A stretch of DNA of 64,000 bases from Eledone cirrhosa. Lineage: Eukaryota. The DNA lies in NCBI GenBank assembly GCA_964016885.1, contig OZ024744.1:90830001-90894000 (forward strand), in the 5' to 3' direction. Below are positions 1 to 11,449 of the stretch, piece after piece; position 1 is the first letter of the stretch; each line of letters begins with the position of its first letter. The translations under genes and the position numbers were made by a program. The notes below the pieces were generated by a model that had not been told where the DNA came from, searched no databases, and worked only from the letters and a program-made list of their open reading frames with translations.

Positions 1-990
1 CATAAGGATGTAAGGCAAAGTTAACCTCAGCGGGATTTGAACTTGATTAGAATGATGATGATGAATACACAGCATTAATATTTTAATTATCATCAAAATA
101 ATCAAGAATATGAAAAGGTTAGTGAAATAACTACCTTCCAACTTGTTAATATTATCTAATAATTGTTTCTACTTTTGGCACAAGGCCAGCAAATACCCAG
201 TACATTACTGGTACTTTATTTTATCGACCCCGTAAGGATGAAAGGCAAAGTTAACCTCGGCGGGATTTGAACTCAGACTGTAAAGGGACGTAACTGAGCT
301 GGAAAGCATGGCGTCCGACACTCTACCAATACTGCCAATCCACCGCCAAGTAATTGTTTCTACTTTAGGCACAAGGCCAGCAATTACCCAGTGCGTTACT
401 GGTACTTTATTTTATCGACCCCGTAAGGATGAAAGACAAAGTTAACCTCAGCGGGATTTGAACTCAGAATGGCAAGGGCCGTAACTCTCTGCATCAAAGC
501 ATGGCGTCCAACCCTCGACTGATACTGCCAATACACTGAATAGTATCTAATATTATCTAATAATTGTTTCTACTTTGGGCACAAGGCCAGCAATTACCTA
601 GTACATTACTGGTACTTTATTTTATCGACCTCGTAAGGATGAATAGCAAAGTTAACCTCGGCGGGATTTGAACTCAGTCCATAAAGAGACATAACTCTAT
701 GCTGCAAAGCATGGCGTCCAACCCTCTATCGATTCTGCCAATCCACCGCCAATATTATCTAATAACTGATACTGCCAATCCACTGAATAGTATCTAATAT
801 TATCTAATGATTGTTTCTACTTTGGGCACAAGGCCAGCAATTACCCAGTACATTACTGGTACTTTATTTTATCGACCCCGTAAGGATGAAAGGCAAAGTT
901 AACCTCGGCGGGATTTGAACTCAGAATGGCAAGGGCCGTAACTCTATACGTCAAAGCATGGCATCCGATAGTATCTAATATTATCTAGTC
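1..990 (-). mobile_element. Tandem cluster of about 5 tRNA-derived SINE copies (family A, about 190 bp, MetaSINE-like central domain)
   Basis: Repeated unit whose reverse complement reads GGCGGTGGATTGGCAGTATTGGTAGAG (A box)...GAGTTCAAATCC (B box)...GCCTTTCATCCTTACGGGGTCGATAAAATAAAGTACC (Meta-domain-like)...AAACAATTATTA. Copies at about 160-348, 351-540, 559-750 and 805-970, with the flank TAGTATCTAATATTATCTAA duplicated between them. Confidence 0.9.
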
Positions 991-1042
991 GTATGTAATA
1001 ATAAGATTTCTAGCCAAAATCTGAATTCAAATTTGAACAACT

Positions 1043-1190
1043 TTAACCCTTTTATGACTAAATTTCTAATGAAATACACTCTATTTTGATTAATTAATGA
1101 AGAATTTTGAGGGATTTACTAAAATTATTTCATTAGTAAAGTAATAACTTGATTTAAGATTCTTATATAAAATTATGCTGGAAAATTTTC
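1043..1190 (+). mobile_element. Left end of a TTAA-flanked (piggyBac-type) MITE family also present at 26649-27690 and 47700-48215
   Basis: Starts TTAACCCTTTTATGAC; TTTCTAATGAAATACAC...TTAATTAATGAAGAATTTTGAGG is shared with the other copies. Confidence 0.6.
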
Positions 1191-1350
1191 TCTACAGGGG
1201 CTATATATCTCTGTCTCTCTGCATGGTTGTCTGGCTGTCTGGCTGTCTGGTAGTCTGGTAGTCTGGTTGTCTGATTGTTTGGCTACCTGTCTATCTTTTT
1301 GTCGATCCGTCTGGCTAATAAAATGTTAATTCATAAAATTTGATCTGTTA

Positions 1351-1792
1351 ATAATTGTTTCTACTTTTGGCACAAGGCCAGCAATTACTCCAGTTTATTA
1401 CTGGTACTTTATCTAATCGACCCTGTAAGGATGAAAAGCAAAGTTAACCTCGGCGGGATTTGAACTGAGAACGTAAAGGGCCATAACTCTATGCTGAAAA
1501 GCATTTTGTCTGACGCGCCACCGATACTGGCAATCCACCTCTATCAGGATAATGTCATAGATTTTATATTCACTGCCTCCGTCTCTCTCACTCTCCCCAT
1601 CTCTCGTGGATTGGCAGTAACGGTAGAGGGTCGGACACCATGCTTTGCAGCAAAGAGTTACGGCCCTTTATGATCTGAGTTCAAATCCCGTCGAGGTTAA
1701 CTTTGCTTTTCATCCTTACGGGGTCAATAAAATAAAGTACTAGTAATAAACTGGGATAATTGCTGGCCTTGTGCCAAAAGTATAAACAATTA
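1351..1792. mobile_element. Head-to-head pair of family A SINEs (1351-1540 minus, 1607-1792 plus)
   Basis: Same consensus as 1-990 in opposite orientations. Confidence 0.9.
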
Positions 1793-2269
1793 CACCGTGT
1801 AACAAAAAAAAAATGTTTCTGTTCCTGGCTTGTAATCACTTTTTTTGTGTTGCTTAGGTCCCAAATAAATAAAAAAAAGTGCTATTAAACAGTTAAAAGT
1901 TTGGGTTTGTAAAAATTCTAAGCTATTCACTAGAATTATTTGTGTGCTGGATTTTACGTTGTATGTAAGTTTAATTTGCTTATGTTAAATGATTTTTTTA
2001 AAAATATGTTTCAGGTTAAATTAAAATTATGAAATAAAGAAATCTATAAAATAAAGAAAATTATAAAAGTGCAATAAAGTATAAAATTGTTAAAAAGTGG
2101 ATTAAAGAGATTTATTGATACTGGATTTTCGCACCCTGAATAAAGGGTAAGTTGTGTTTTAAGCATTCGTCTCCAGGATGAAGTAGTGGAACTTGGTCAA
2201 AGAGGAAGTGCAGGTGACAAGTCAGAGAAGTCGACACAAACCTTTCTCAGGCTTTTACACTCTTAGGGA

Positions 2270-3243
2270 TGGCCTCTGACGTGCCTGGACTGTTTGACGT
2301 TATTGGGGTGCCGTTTGTGGCCAAGGAGTGGTGGCTATTTATGGACAGCTCCACCACAAGTTTGAAGGCTGTCCTCCACAATGGAAACTAGTTCCCGACA
2401 CTGCCCCTAGCTCATTCAGTCTGCCTGAAGGAAGATTACTACAGTATGAAAGTCCTCTTGGAAACTCTGCAATACAACCAGTACAATTGGGAAATCATTG
2501 AAGACTTCAAGATGGTGGCTTTCCTGCTTGGACTCCAAGGAGGCTTTATCAAATTCCAATGCTTCCTCTGCCTTTGGGACAGCAGAGCCACCTCTGACCA
2601 CTACAAAAGAAAGAACTGGGAGCAGCGAACAGAATTTGTAGTTGGGACCCGGAACGTCATGTGGGAGCCATTGGTTGATCCCAGGATTGTGCTCATGCTG
2701 CCACTGCACATTAAGTTGGGGTTGATGAAGCATTTTGTGAAGGCTCTCAACCAAGAATCAGCCGCTTTTAGGTACCTTCTTGAGTTCTTCCCCAAATTAT
2801 CTGAGGCCAAAATCAAAGGTGGAATTTTTGTTGGCCCTCAGATAAAGAAGGTGTTTGAGTCTACCGAGTTCTCCAATAAGCTCAATATGATTAAGAGAAC
2901 AGCATGGAACTGTTTCAAGGCAGTTTTTAAGGGCTTTCTGCGCAACTACAGAGCTGAAAACTACCAGCAACTGGTGCAGGATCTGATAAAGACTTTTGGC
3001 GCCATGGGATGCAGGATGTCGCTTAAACTCCATATGCTGGACGCTCACCTGGAAAAATTCACGGACAATATGGGCGCCTATGCAGAAGAACAAGGCGAAC
3101 GATTCCACCAAGATGTGAAAGAGATAGAGCGGAGGTACCAGGGCCACTACAATGAAAAAATGACGGGGGACTATATCTGGGGGCTAGTGCGGGAATGCGG
3201 CCTAGACTACAACCGCAAATCCAGGAAATCCAGTCATTTCTGA
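2270..3243 (+). pseudogene. Chapaev3-type DDE transposase remnant (C-terminal 265 aa open at 2446-3243; upstream part has a stop and deletions)
   Basis: Motifs WLFMDSS, CFLCLWDSR, PLHIKLGLMKHFVKAL, FPKLSEAKIKGGIFVGPQI, MSLKLH, EEQGERFHQD, DYIW; in-frame TAG near 2390. Confidence 0.8.
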
Positions 3244-3456
3244 CGTGTGTAAGTTGCTTTATAAGTGTTATTTGTTTTTACTTGTTTGCTTTTGATAAGC
3301 TTGTGTAATAAAATAAATACATACTCTGTTGATTTAATTATATGAACTGATATATTTTTTTTAATGTTTTTTTTCTTGAAAAATATGAAAATTTCGAAAT
3401 ATCAAACTCCTGACCACAAACCCAAACTTCTGATTAAATAATAGTGTTTTTTTTAT

Positions 3457-3869
3457 AATAATTGTTTCTACTTTAGGCACACGAACAGCAATTACCCAGT
3501 ACATTACTGGTACTTTATTTTATCGACCCCCGTAAGGATGAAAGGCAAAGTTAACCTTGGCAGGATTTGAACTCAGACTGTAAAGGGACGTAACTATGCT
3601 AGAAAACATGGCATCCAACCCTCTACCGATACTGCTAATCCACCGCCCTGTTTTTTTTATAATAATGTTTTTTTTATAATAATTGTTTCTACTTTAGGCA
3701 CACGACCAGCAATTACCCAGTACATTACTGGTACTTTATTTTATCGACCCCCGTAAGGATGAAAGGCAAAGTTAACCTCGGCGGGATTTGAACTCAGACT
3801 GTAAAGGGACGTAACTATGCTAGAAAACATGGCGTCCAACCCTCTACCGATACTGCCAATTCACCGCCC
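3457..3869 (-). mobile_element. Two near-identical family A SINE copies (3457-3648, 3677-3869) inside the Chapaev3 element
   Basis: Tandem duplicated SINE with the TGTTTTTTTTATAATAA flank repeated. Confidence 0.9.
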
Positions 3870-4089
3870 TTATTTTATAATAATGGGATATAAAAAAACC
3901 AGGAAATGACACTTAGAACCGGGGAACAAAAAATATGTTACACCGTGTTTATTATAAGCAAATGGGGACTCACGCGCTGGCTTGTCCCACAACCCTGGTA
4001 GACAGAATAGAGAAGTTGTTTTCCCTTGGATGAGCCATTTCAGCTTGTGATGATCACACCTGCTGGTAGCCACTCAGTCCCAATGGTAG

Positions 4090-4234
4090 GGAGTTAGGGT
4101 GGTGGTCATATCTGTTTGCTCATCTGGCAGTCTCTCTCTGTTTGTCTTGCCTGGTCTGGCAGTCTATCTGTATGTTGGTCTATCTCAGTATTTATGTTTA
4201 TCCACCAGTCTTTCTGTCTGTTTGTCTATCTGAC

Positions 4235-4273
<39 letters not shown>

Positions 4274-4336
4274 TTATCTGTCTGGCTATCTGTGTATTTA
4301 TCTATCTTTCTGTCTGTCTGTCTGTCTGTCTGTCTG
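4090..4336 (+). repeat. Degenerate (TCTG)n microsatellite, 5' target flank of the Tx1 LINE
   Basis: TCTG/TCTA tetramers ending in pure TCTG at the element junction. Confidence 0.9.
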
Positions 4337-4510
4337 AGGATAGTAGACGTGTTTCGTATCGCTCTGTGATTTGGATTTTTACCTGCTATTTTTGTGAGTG
4401 GATTTTTTTGAATTCTTTTGTATAATTAACTGTAACCCCTAGTCTGGGACTCTAGACGTCGGGTAAATATATTTTCACCCCTTTTGGGGTGAAAAATAAA
4501 TATTTCAGAA

Positions 4511-6277
4511 ATGTTTATCGATATCGTTGATAACGATATCGTCGAAAACGATATCGCCATATTGGAAGCGAACGCCACGCCGACCAAAAAAACAAGTGGG
4601 AAAGAGGGAACAACAGTTCAAACTGTTGAACAACCCCTCCTCTCCAATGAAAAAAAGAATTTCAATTCAAATGAAAAAATTAATTTTCAAGAAAAAAATA
4701 ACACCACAAATAAGGAAACCAACAACATTACAACAACAAACAAAGACAAAATTTCTTTTGCCCAAACACTCAGGAGAGCCACGGAATACAAAGCCATTGA
4801 CATCACGAACGCCAAGGAAAATTTGCTAGAGGCTAGAAAATACGTATCTTTTGGGGAGGATGGTTCTTTTACGATCAACTCCCCAGAAGAAGTGCGTGAA
4901 CAGATTTACAAGAATACCGTAAGCTACAGAACCATAACCAACGAAACGAGAAAGCCAGCGCAATTGACCGAAAGTCAAATCGAGCTGGTTCTGAAAGAAA
5001 TTAAAAATGACATACTCTTTATTCAAAGAGGAAAGCTGTATGCCAGCATTATGGTCCGAATGAAGGACGAAATGCTGGCTCAGAAATATTCGGTGGCACC
5101 TATAGTGTCACCACAATACACCTTCTTCCCCACATATAAAGGAAGAAGAACACAAAGGATAAGAATGTGGAGCCCTACGCCAGAAATTAACATCTGGTCC
5201 GTCCTAACAGGATTTACCGACCTAGATAAGGACATACTAATTTCAGCAGGGGAGTCCACCAGTGGACTGTTCGGGGGGAAAAGTCTGGAGGTTCTCTTAC
5301 AGATGACACCTGAGAGAATCTCCGGAATACCCGACCGAGTGCTACTGGATGGGCGAACCTACATAAATATCACAGTGGAAGGCAGGAGACCCTCATGTTA
5401 CCACTGCGCTGGCAGAGGTCACCTGAGGACGGCCTGCCCTCTACTAACAACAAAAAAACCACTGCTGCAAACACCACAACAACAACAAAAACAACCAGCA
5501 CCACCATCACAAAAACAACAAAATACACTACCATCACCACCAGAACAACAAAAACCAACAACACCACCACCACCACCACCACCACAACAACAACAACAAC
5601 AACATCAACAACAGCTCAAGAAAACAACCCAAAACACGGTCCCACCCAGCCCCACCCCACAGAACACAAATACAAAAACAGTTCATACACAACCCGGAGA
5701 TATACCCCTCCCCTCCAATACGGAAGAGGAGCTCATATCGTCGGAAGACGAGGGGGCTCCCTTCCAAAAAGTAAAAAGAAAAAAACGTACACACACCACA
5801 CAAACAAAAATAACCCCACCTGACAACACAACACAGACAATAAAACGCAAACTCACTCAACAACAACAAGCAAAAACAAACACGACAACACAAAAACTCT
5901 ACACATACATAAACAAAAACAATGAAAACCTAACTTTAAAAGTAGAAACCAACCCTTCGATACAAACCGAAGGGCCGAATTTCGTAACGGCAATGGGGCT
6001 CCCTAACCTGAAAATGGTGAAGATCCCACTTGACATTTTCAAAACTTTAAAAGACATTTACCCTGAGGACGTGGGCCCACCCTGCACCAGGCCACTCAAC
6101 CGCGTCCTCCTGAAAGGTTTTCCCCTCCCCTCCTCAAACACCCACACAACTCCAAAGATCCCAACCCCTCCACACACTAATACCCCCACACCACCACAAA
6201 CCACCACCCCACCCATCAACCCCTCCACCAGCCCCATGGAAACTGAGCGGCCCGAACCCCGGGACGCAGAGAGGTAA
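4511..6277 (+). CDS. LINE ORF1 (gag-like nucleic-acid-binding protein, 588 aa)
   Basis: Uninterrupted ORF with a CCHC zinc knuckle CYHCAGRGHLRTAC preceded by ITVEGRRPS; P/Q/T low-complexity C-terminal half with a basic KVKRKKR patch. Confidence 0.88.
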   Translation: MFIDIVDNDIVENDIAILEANATPTKKTSGKEGTTVQTVEQPLLSNEKKNFNSNEKINFQEKNNTTNKETNNITTTNKDKISFAQTLRRATEYKAIDITNAKENLLEARKYVSFGEDGSFTINSPEEVREQIYKNTVSYRTITNETRKPAQLTESQIELVLKEIKNDILFIQRGKLYASIMVRMKDEMLAQKYSVAPIVSPQYTFFPTYKGRRTQRIRMWSPTPEINIWSVLTGFTDLDKDILISAGESTSGLFGGKSLEVLLQMTPERISGIPDRVLLDGRTYINITVEGRRPSCYHCAGRGHLRTACPLLTTKKPLLQTPQQQQKQPAPPSQKQQNTLPSPPEQQKPTTPPPPPPPQQQQQQHQQQLKKTTQNTVPPSPTPQNTNTKTVHTQPGDIPLPSNTEEELISSEDEGAPFQKVKRKKRTHTTQTKITPPDNTTQTIKRKLTQQQQAKTNTTTQKLYTYINKNNENLTLKVETNPSIQTEGPNFVTAMGLPNLKMVKIPLDIFKTLKDIYPEDVGPPCTRPLNRVLLKGFPLPSSNTHTTPKIPTPPHTNTPTPPQTTTPPINPSTSPMETERPEPRDAER

Positions 6278-6300
6278 GTGCCTCTTTCTTTGCCACCAAC

Positions 6301-9300
6301 ATGGCTGTCTTAAGAGTAGGTTGTCTAAATGCGCGTGGCCTGGGCTCACCTTGGAAGCAAGCTAAACTTCTAAGTGACCTCAGGTCACAATGTGTAAATG
6401 TGATGGTTATTTGCGAGGCTCGGATCAGCAGCATGCGACAGCTAACCCCCACCTTTGATGACTTTGAGATGCACGCATCTCTCTGTCAGCCTGGAGGTGG
6501 GGGTGGGGTTGTCGTTCTGCTGCAAAAACACCTGGGTCTCGCTACACAGACGGTACACTTGGACCCGGAGGGTCGACTCGTGGTTCTGGACCTTGGCAAT
6601 GGCGAAGGCGAAGCTTTTAGGCTTGTCGCCGTATACGCCCCTTTTGGGGCAATGCGGTCGGACTTCTTCCATCGTCTGGAGACTTTTCTAGGGACGTCCC
6701 GCTCCTTGCTTTTAGTGGGGGACTGGAATGGTATCCTAGATGCACGTTGGGACTATGTAGGGGCATGTCCCGATAGAGGGGGGTGTAACAGCCTTAAGGG
6801 GTTAATCGGCCGATTCGACCTGGCCGATAGATACCGACTAGATTTTCCGACTGTACCAACCTGGACCTGGTCAAATAACAGTGGTCAATCTAGATCGTAC
6901 CTAGATAGGTTCTTAGTTAGAATTAAGGATAGGGACTTTTTAAGTTGTCCAGAAATGCTCATGGTGGGCTATTCAGATCACAAGTTAGTGACCTGCGTAG
7001 TCGACCTTGATAGAACGCATAGGCAGGGGCCCGGTTACTGGAAGCTCAACTTGTCCTTACCGGCAAGTAGAGCTTACAGGGACCGGATTAGAACCTTAGT
7101 TAAGGAGCAGTTGACGGGCGCCATCGTCAACAACAGGTGGTGGGGCTCTCTAAAAAGAGAGATTAGAGTAGTTTCAATAGGAGTTAGTAAGGAGTTAGCC
7201 TCAGATAGAAATAGGAAGGAAAGGGAGTTGGTAGTTAATGTTGAAGAGGCAATGAGAAGCGGCAACGTGGCCAGAGTGCAAGCGTCGAGAACGGTCTTGA
7301 ACCAGTTCTTCGACGCGAAACACGAAGGCTGCGTTGTCCGAAGCAAAATACGTGCTCTGGGAAACGAGGGGACCAAAGCTGTTAGCTGGGCCCGCGTGAC
7401 AGAAGCGAAAAGTGGGATTAAATCCACTATCCGGTCTTTGCGAGACCAGGATGGACGGCTGATCCTTGAACCTAAGCAAATGTGCGAAGCCTTTCAAAGG
7501 CACTTTGCCCAATTGTTCGGGAGGGGCGGGGAGCCGGTTGGAGATGTGGATTTCGGTCCATACCTCGACGGCCTGCCGCGTCTTTCGGACAGGGAGGCGA
7601 GGTCCTGCGACGGGCCGATCTCAGCGGCTGAAATAGGGGACGTGCTGAGCCTATGCGGCAAACGCAAATCTCCAGGACTCGATGGTCTGCCCTACGAACT
7701 ATATATTAATATGCCGGACTTGTTCCCCGATCTCCTCGAGGCGGTCTACTGCAACTGGCAACAGAACGGGAGAATTCCCTGTTCTGTGACCAAGGGCGTA
7801 GTCTCGCTAGTGAGGAAGGACGAGAACAAGGGGGATGACATTAGTAATTTTAGGCCCATAACTCTGCTAAATGCAGAGTTAAAGATTTTGGCGAAGGTGT
7901 TAGCGAAGAGGTTGGCGCTTGTCGTGGGGGGCCTGGTGGGAGATGCGCAGACATGCGCTATCCCGTCCAGGTCCATCCACGACAACCTCCACCTCATGCG
8001 ATACATCATAGAGAGGGTTGGGAACGAACCCGGCTTTGGTGGGGCCCTGATAAATTTAGATCAGTCTAAAGCGTTCGATAGGGTGGACCATGGTTACCTG
8101 GATGCGGTGCTAGCGGCGGCTGGGTTCGGACCCGTTTTCAGGGGCTGGATCACTGCCATGCACAGCAGCCGCATCTGCTCTAGAGTCAAGGTGAACGGCT
8201 ACCTTTCGGAGCCGTTCGAAATCACCCGCTCCATCCGACAGGGGTGCCCTCTCTCCTCCCTTCTGTATGTATTGACTCTCGAACCATTACTGCGGAAGTT
8301 GGAGTTGTTGCAGGGCATCCCTTTGGAACCGGGATTGCGCAAAGCGGTGTCGGCCTACGCCGATGACGTAACAGTAATGGTGTCGACCGCCTCGGAAATC
8401 GAGGCAATCGGCACCTTACTAGAGGAGTACGAAAGGTTGACAGGGGCTAAGCTGAACCGGGACAAGTCAGTCGCTTTGCAACTCGGCGAGTGGAGGGGCA
8501 AAGCGATGTCGTGCGACGGTATCGTCGGACGGTGGACGGAGGGCCCGGTGAAGTTGCTTGGGGTCTGGTTCGGACCGGACCTCCAGGTGGAGAAAAACTG
8601 GGGTGAGGTGACGAATAGGGTGTTTGCACTGACCCAGAAGTGGGCCGAGTGCAAACTATCCCTAAAAGGTCGGGCGGAGGTGGCGAACGCTTACATAGCG
8701 TCCGTCATCTATTACCGCTTGACTGTCGTGCCTTGCCCGGGTGAGATCCTCGCCAAAATGGAGCGCGCCCTCTTTTATTTCCTTTGGAAGAAGAGGTCTC
8801 CTCTAGTGAGGAGATCCATCTGCTGTCAACACCCTTTGAAAGGAGGGCTGGGGATGCCGTGGCTAAAAATGCATAAACACGCATTGAGGCTAAGGCACCT
8901 CCACGTATTCCTCACCGGTCAACCGGTGTGGGCCCCGTTTGTGAGGCGAGCCTTCCCGAGGCTCGTCTCGCTCACCGAGCTGCAGTCCTGGGTGAAGCAA
9001 AGACCGAGAAAACTGGGCGACTGGCACACCGAGTGTGCCCAGGCGCTCACGGCTCTCTGGCAGGCGGACCCGGCTATCGACGGAGACTCCACCTCGTCAT
9101 TCTATAGAGGGCTGGTGGTTAGCGGGTGCGACGACGCCCTCGGAGAAGCCCTAGGCATGGAGGAGGACGAACTGGCCAGTCTATTCGGTAGGACTTTCGG
9201 CCCGGGACCTATGGACAACTTCCAGAAGTCCTTGGCCTGGCAGTGCTACCGAGGGGCTCTGCCCGTTCGGGATAAGCTCTACAGACACGGGCTCCCGGGT

Positions 9301-9738
9301 AGGGACCCCTCGAAAAAGATCTGTCCCAGATGCGTGCGCGACGAGGAAACCGTCGCGCACGCATTGGTGCACTGCCCGGGCGTTGCCGATCTGTGGGGCT
9401 ATGTTGAACAACTGCTGTCACGGGTGGGACCAATTAGGTTGACCACCGAGTCCATTGTAACGATCAAGCCGCCTCCCCCCTTCAAAAATGAAGGAGAGGC
9501 GGTCTTCCTCTGTGTAATAGCCATGGTAAAAGAGGCTATATGGTGGACGCGTCTGAAAGGGCTGAGGTCGGACACCTTTCTCTCCGGCCAACAACTGGTC
9601 CTTTTTTTCCGATACCATTTCGGAAGAAGGATCAGGATGGAGAGAGAGGTGCTCCACTCCAGCAAGTTTTATGAAAGGTGGGTGAAAGTTGCGAGAATGG
9701 CCCGTGTGAATGGGCCTTCTCTCTACCTCAGCCTGTAG
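6301..9738 (+). CDS. LINE ORF2: APE endonuclease, reverse transcriptase and C-terminal zinc finger (1145 aa)
   Basis: APE motifs LNARGL, VYAP, GDWN, SYLDRF, SDH; RT motifs SPGLDG, FRPITLLN, LDQSKAFDRV, RQGCPLS, YADD, LLGV; C-terminal CPRC-x8-H-x4-C (CPRCVRDEETVAHALVHC); no stops or frameshifts. Confidence 0.96.
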   Translation: MAVLRVGCLNARGLGSPWKQAKLLSDLRSQCVNVMVICEARISSMRQLTPTFDDFEMHASLCQPGGGGGVVVLLQKHLGLATQTVHLDPEGRLVVLDLGNGEGEAFRLVAVYAPFGAMRSDFFHRLETFLGTSRSLLLVGDWNGILDARWDYVGACPDRGGCNSLKGLIGRFDLADRYRLDFPTVPTWTWSNNSGQSRSYLDRFLVRIKDRDFLSCPEMLMVGYSDHKLVTCVVDLDRTHRQGPGYWKLNLSLPASRAYRDRIRTLVKEQLTGAIVNNRWWGSLKREIRVVSIGVSKELASDRNRKERELVVNVEEAMRSGNVARVQASRTVLNQFFDAKHEGCVVRSKIRALGNEGTKAVSWARVTEAKSGIKSTIRSLRDQDGRLILEPKQMCEAFQRHFAQLFGRGGEPVGDVDFGPYLDGLPRLSDREARSCDGPISAAEIGDVLSLCGKRKSPGLDGLPYELYINMPDLFPDLLEAVYCNWQQNGRIPCSVTKGVVSLVRKDENKGDDISNFRPITLLNAELKILAKVLAKRLALVVGGLVGDAQTCAIPSRSIHDNLHLMRYIIERVGNEPGFGGALINLDQSKAFDRVDHGYLDAVLAAAGFGPVFRGWITAMHSSRICSRVKVNGYLSEPFEITRSIRQGCPLSSLLYVLTLEPLLRKLELLQGIPLEPGLRKAVSAYADDVTVMVSTASEIEAIGTLLEEYERLTGAKLNRDKSVALQLGEWRGKAMSCDGIVGRWTEGPVKLLGVWFGPDLQVEKNWGEVTNRVFALTQKWAECKLSLKGRAEVANAYIASVIYYRLTVVPCPGEILAKMERALFYFLWKKRSPLVRRSICCQHPLKGGLGMPWLKMHKHALRLRHLHVFLTGQPVWAPFVRRAFPRLVSLTELQSWVKQRPRKLGDWHTECAQALTALWQADPAIDGDSTSSFYRGLVVSGCDDALGEALGMEEDELASLFGRTFGPGPMDNFQKSLAWQCYRGALPVRDKLYRHGLPGRDPSKKICPRCVRDEETVAHALVHCPGVADLWGYVEQLLSRVGPIRLTTESIVTIKPPPPFKNEGEAVFLCVIAMVKEAIWWTRLKGLRSDTFLSGQQLVLFFRYHFGRRIRMEREVLHSSKFYERWVKVARMARVNGPSLYLSL

Positions 9739-9963
9739 GTGGAACAGAGAGAAGGGAGCACCCTCTCGTTGTGCTCCCGTGGAGAAGGGTCGCACATTTT
9801 TTTTCGGGGGTGTGTGTGACCCCAAAACGATCCCTCCCTATTGAGGACCTTCTTGTTATTATTTTGTTTGTTATATTTTTCTTACTCGATTTTTATGTAA
9901 ACTCCCCCCACTCATGTACATGTCCCTTTCTTTTGTGCCCTAGTGGCAAATAAACAGAAATTT

Positions 9964-10082
9964 GTCTGTCTTGCTCTCTCTCTCTCTCTCTGTCTGTCTG
10001 TTTGTCTCTCTGTCCATCTGTCGGTCCTGCTCTCTCTCTCTCTCTGTCTGTCTGTCTGTCTCTCTGTCCATCTGTCTGTCTT

Positions 10083-10119
<37 letters not shown>

Positions 10120-10522
10120 GTCTGTCTGTCTCTCTGTCCATCTGTCTGTCTTGCTCTCTCTCTCTCTCTGCCTGTCTGTCTGTCTCTCTGTCCATCTGTC
10201 TGTCTTGCTCTCTCTCTCTCTCTCTCTGCCTGTCTGTCTGTCTCTCTGTCCATCTGTCTGTCTTGCTCTCTCTCTCTCTCTCTCTGTCTGCCTGTCTGTC
10301 TGTCTCTCTGTCCATCTGTCTGTCTTGCTCTCTCTCTCTCTCTCTGCCTGTCTGTCTGTCTCTCTGTCTGTCTGTCTGCCTTGCTCTCTCTCTCTCTGCC
10401 TGTCTGTCTGTCTCTCTGTCCATCTGTCTGTCTCTCTCTGTCTCTCTCTGTCTGCCTGTCTGTCTCTCTGTCCATCTGTCTGTCTTGCTCTCTCTGTCTC
10501 TCTCTCTCTGCCTGCCTGTCTG

Positions 10523-10569
<47 letters not shown>

Positions 10570-10661
10570 GCCTGTCTGTCTCTCTGTCCATCTGTCTGTC
10601 TTGCTCTCTCTCTCTCTCTCTCTGCCTGTCTGTCTGTCCATCTGTCTGTCTGTCTGTCTTG

Positions 10662-10693
<32 letters not shown>

Positions 10694-11406
10694 GCCTGTC
10701 CATCTGTCTGTCTTGCTCTCTCTCTCTCTCTCTGCCTGCCTGTCTGTCTCTCTGTCCATCTGTCTGTCTTGCTCTCTCTCTCTCTCTCTCTGTTTGTCTG
10801 TCTGTCTGTCTCTCTGTCCATCTGTCTGTCTTGCTCTCTCTCTCTCTCTCTCTCTGTCTGTCTGTCTCTCTGTCCATATGTCTGTCTTGCTCTCTCTCTC
10901 TCTCTCTCTCTCTCTGTCTGTCTGTCTGTCTCTCTGTCCATCTGTCTGTCTTGCTCTCTCTCTCTCTCTGTTTGACTGTCTGTCTCTCTGTCCATCTGTC
11001 TGTCTGTCTTGCTCTCTCTCTCTCTCTCTGTCTGTCTGTCTGTCTCTCTGTCCATCTGTCTGTCTTGCTCTCTCTGTCTCTCTCTGCCTGTCTGTCTGTC
11101 TCTCTGTCCATCTGTCTGTCTTGCTCTCTCTCTCTCTCTCTGCCTGTCTGTCTGTCTCTCTGTCCATCTGTCTGTCTTGCTCTCTCTGTCTCTCTCTGTC
11201 TGTCTGTCTGTCTCTCGGTCCATCTGTCTGTCTTGCTCTCTCTGTCTCTCTCTGCCTGTCTGTCTGTCTCTCTGTCCATCTGTCTGTCTTGCTCTCTCTC
11301 TCTCTCTCTGTCTGTCTGTCTGTCTCTCTGTCCAACTGTCTGTCTTGCTCTCTCTCTCTTTCTCTCTCTGCCTGTCTGTCTGTCTCTCTGTCCATCTGTC
11401 TGTCTT

Positions 11407-11449
<43 letters not shown>

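Larger units (their letters stand above)
1793..3947 (+). mobile_element. Chapaev3-like (CMC superfamily) DNA transposon, defective, with two SINE insertions
   Basis: Terminal inverted repeats CACCGTGTAACA...TGTTCC (1793) and GGAACA...TGTTACACCGTG (ends 3947); left flank TTA, right flank TTT (imperfect 3-bp TSD); contains a transposase remnant. Confidence 0.75.
4337..9963 (+). mobile_element. Full-length Tx1/L1-clade non-LTR retrotransposon, apparently intact
   Basis: About 175-bp 5' UTR, ORF1, 23-nt spacer, ORF2 and a 3' UTR with AATAAA at 9949-9954; (TCTG)n on both sides. Confidence 0.92.
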
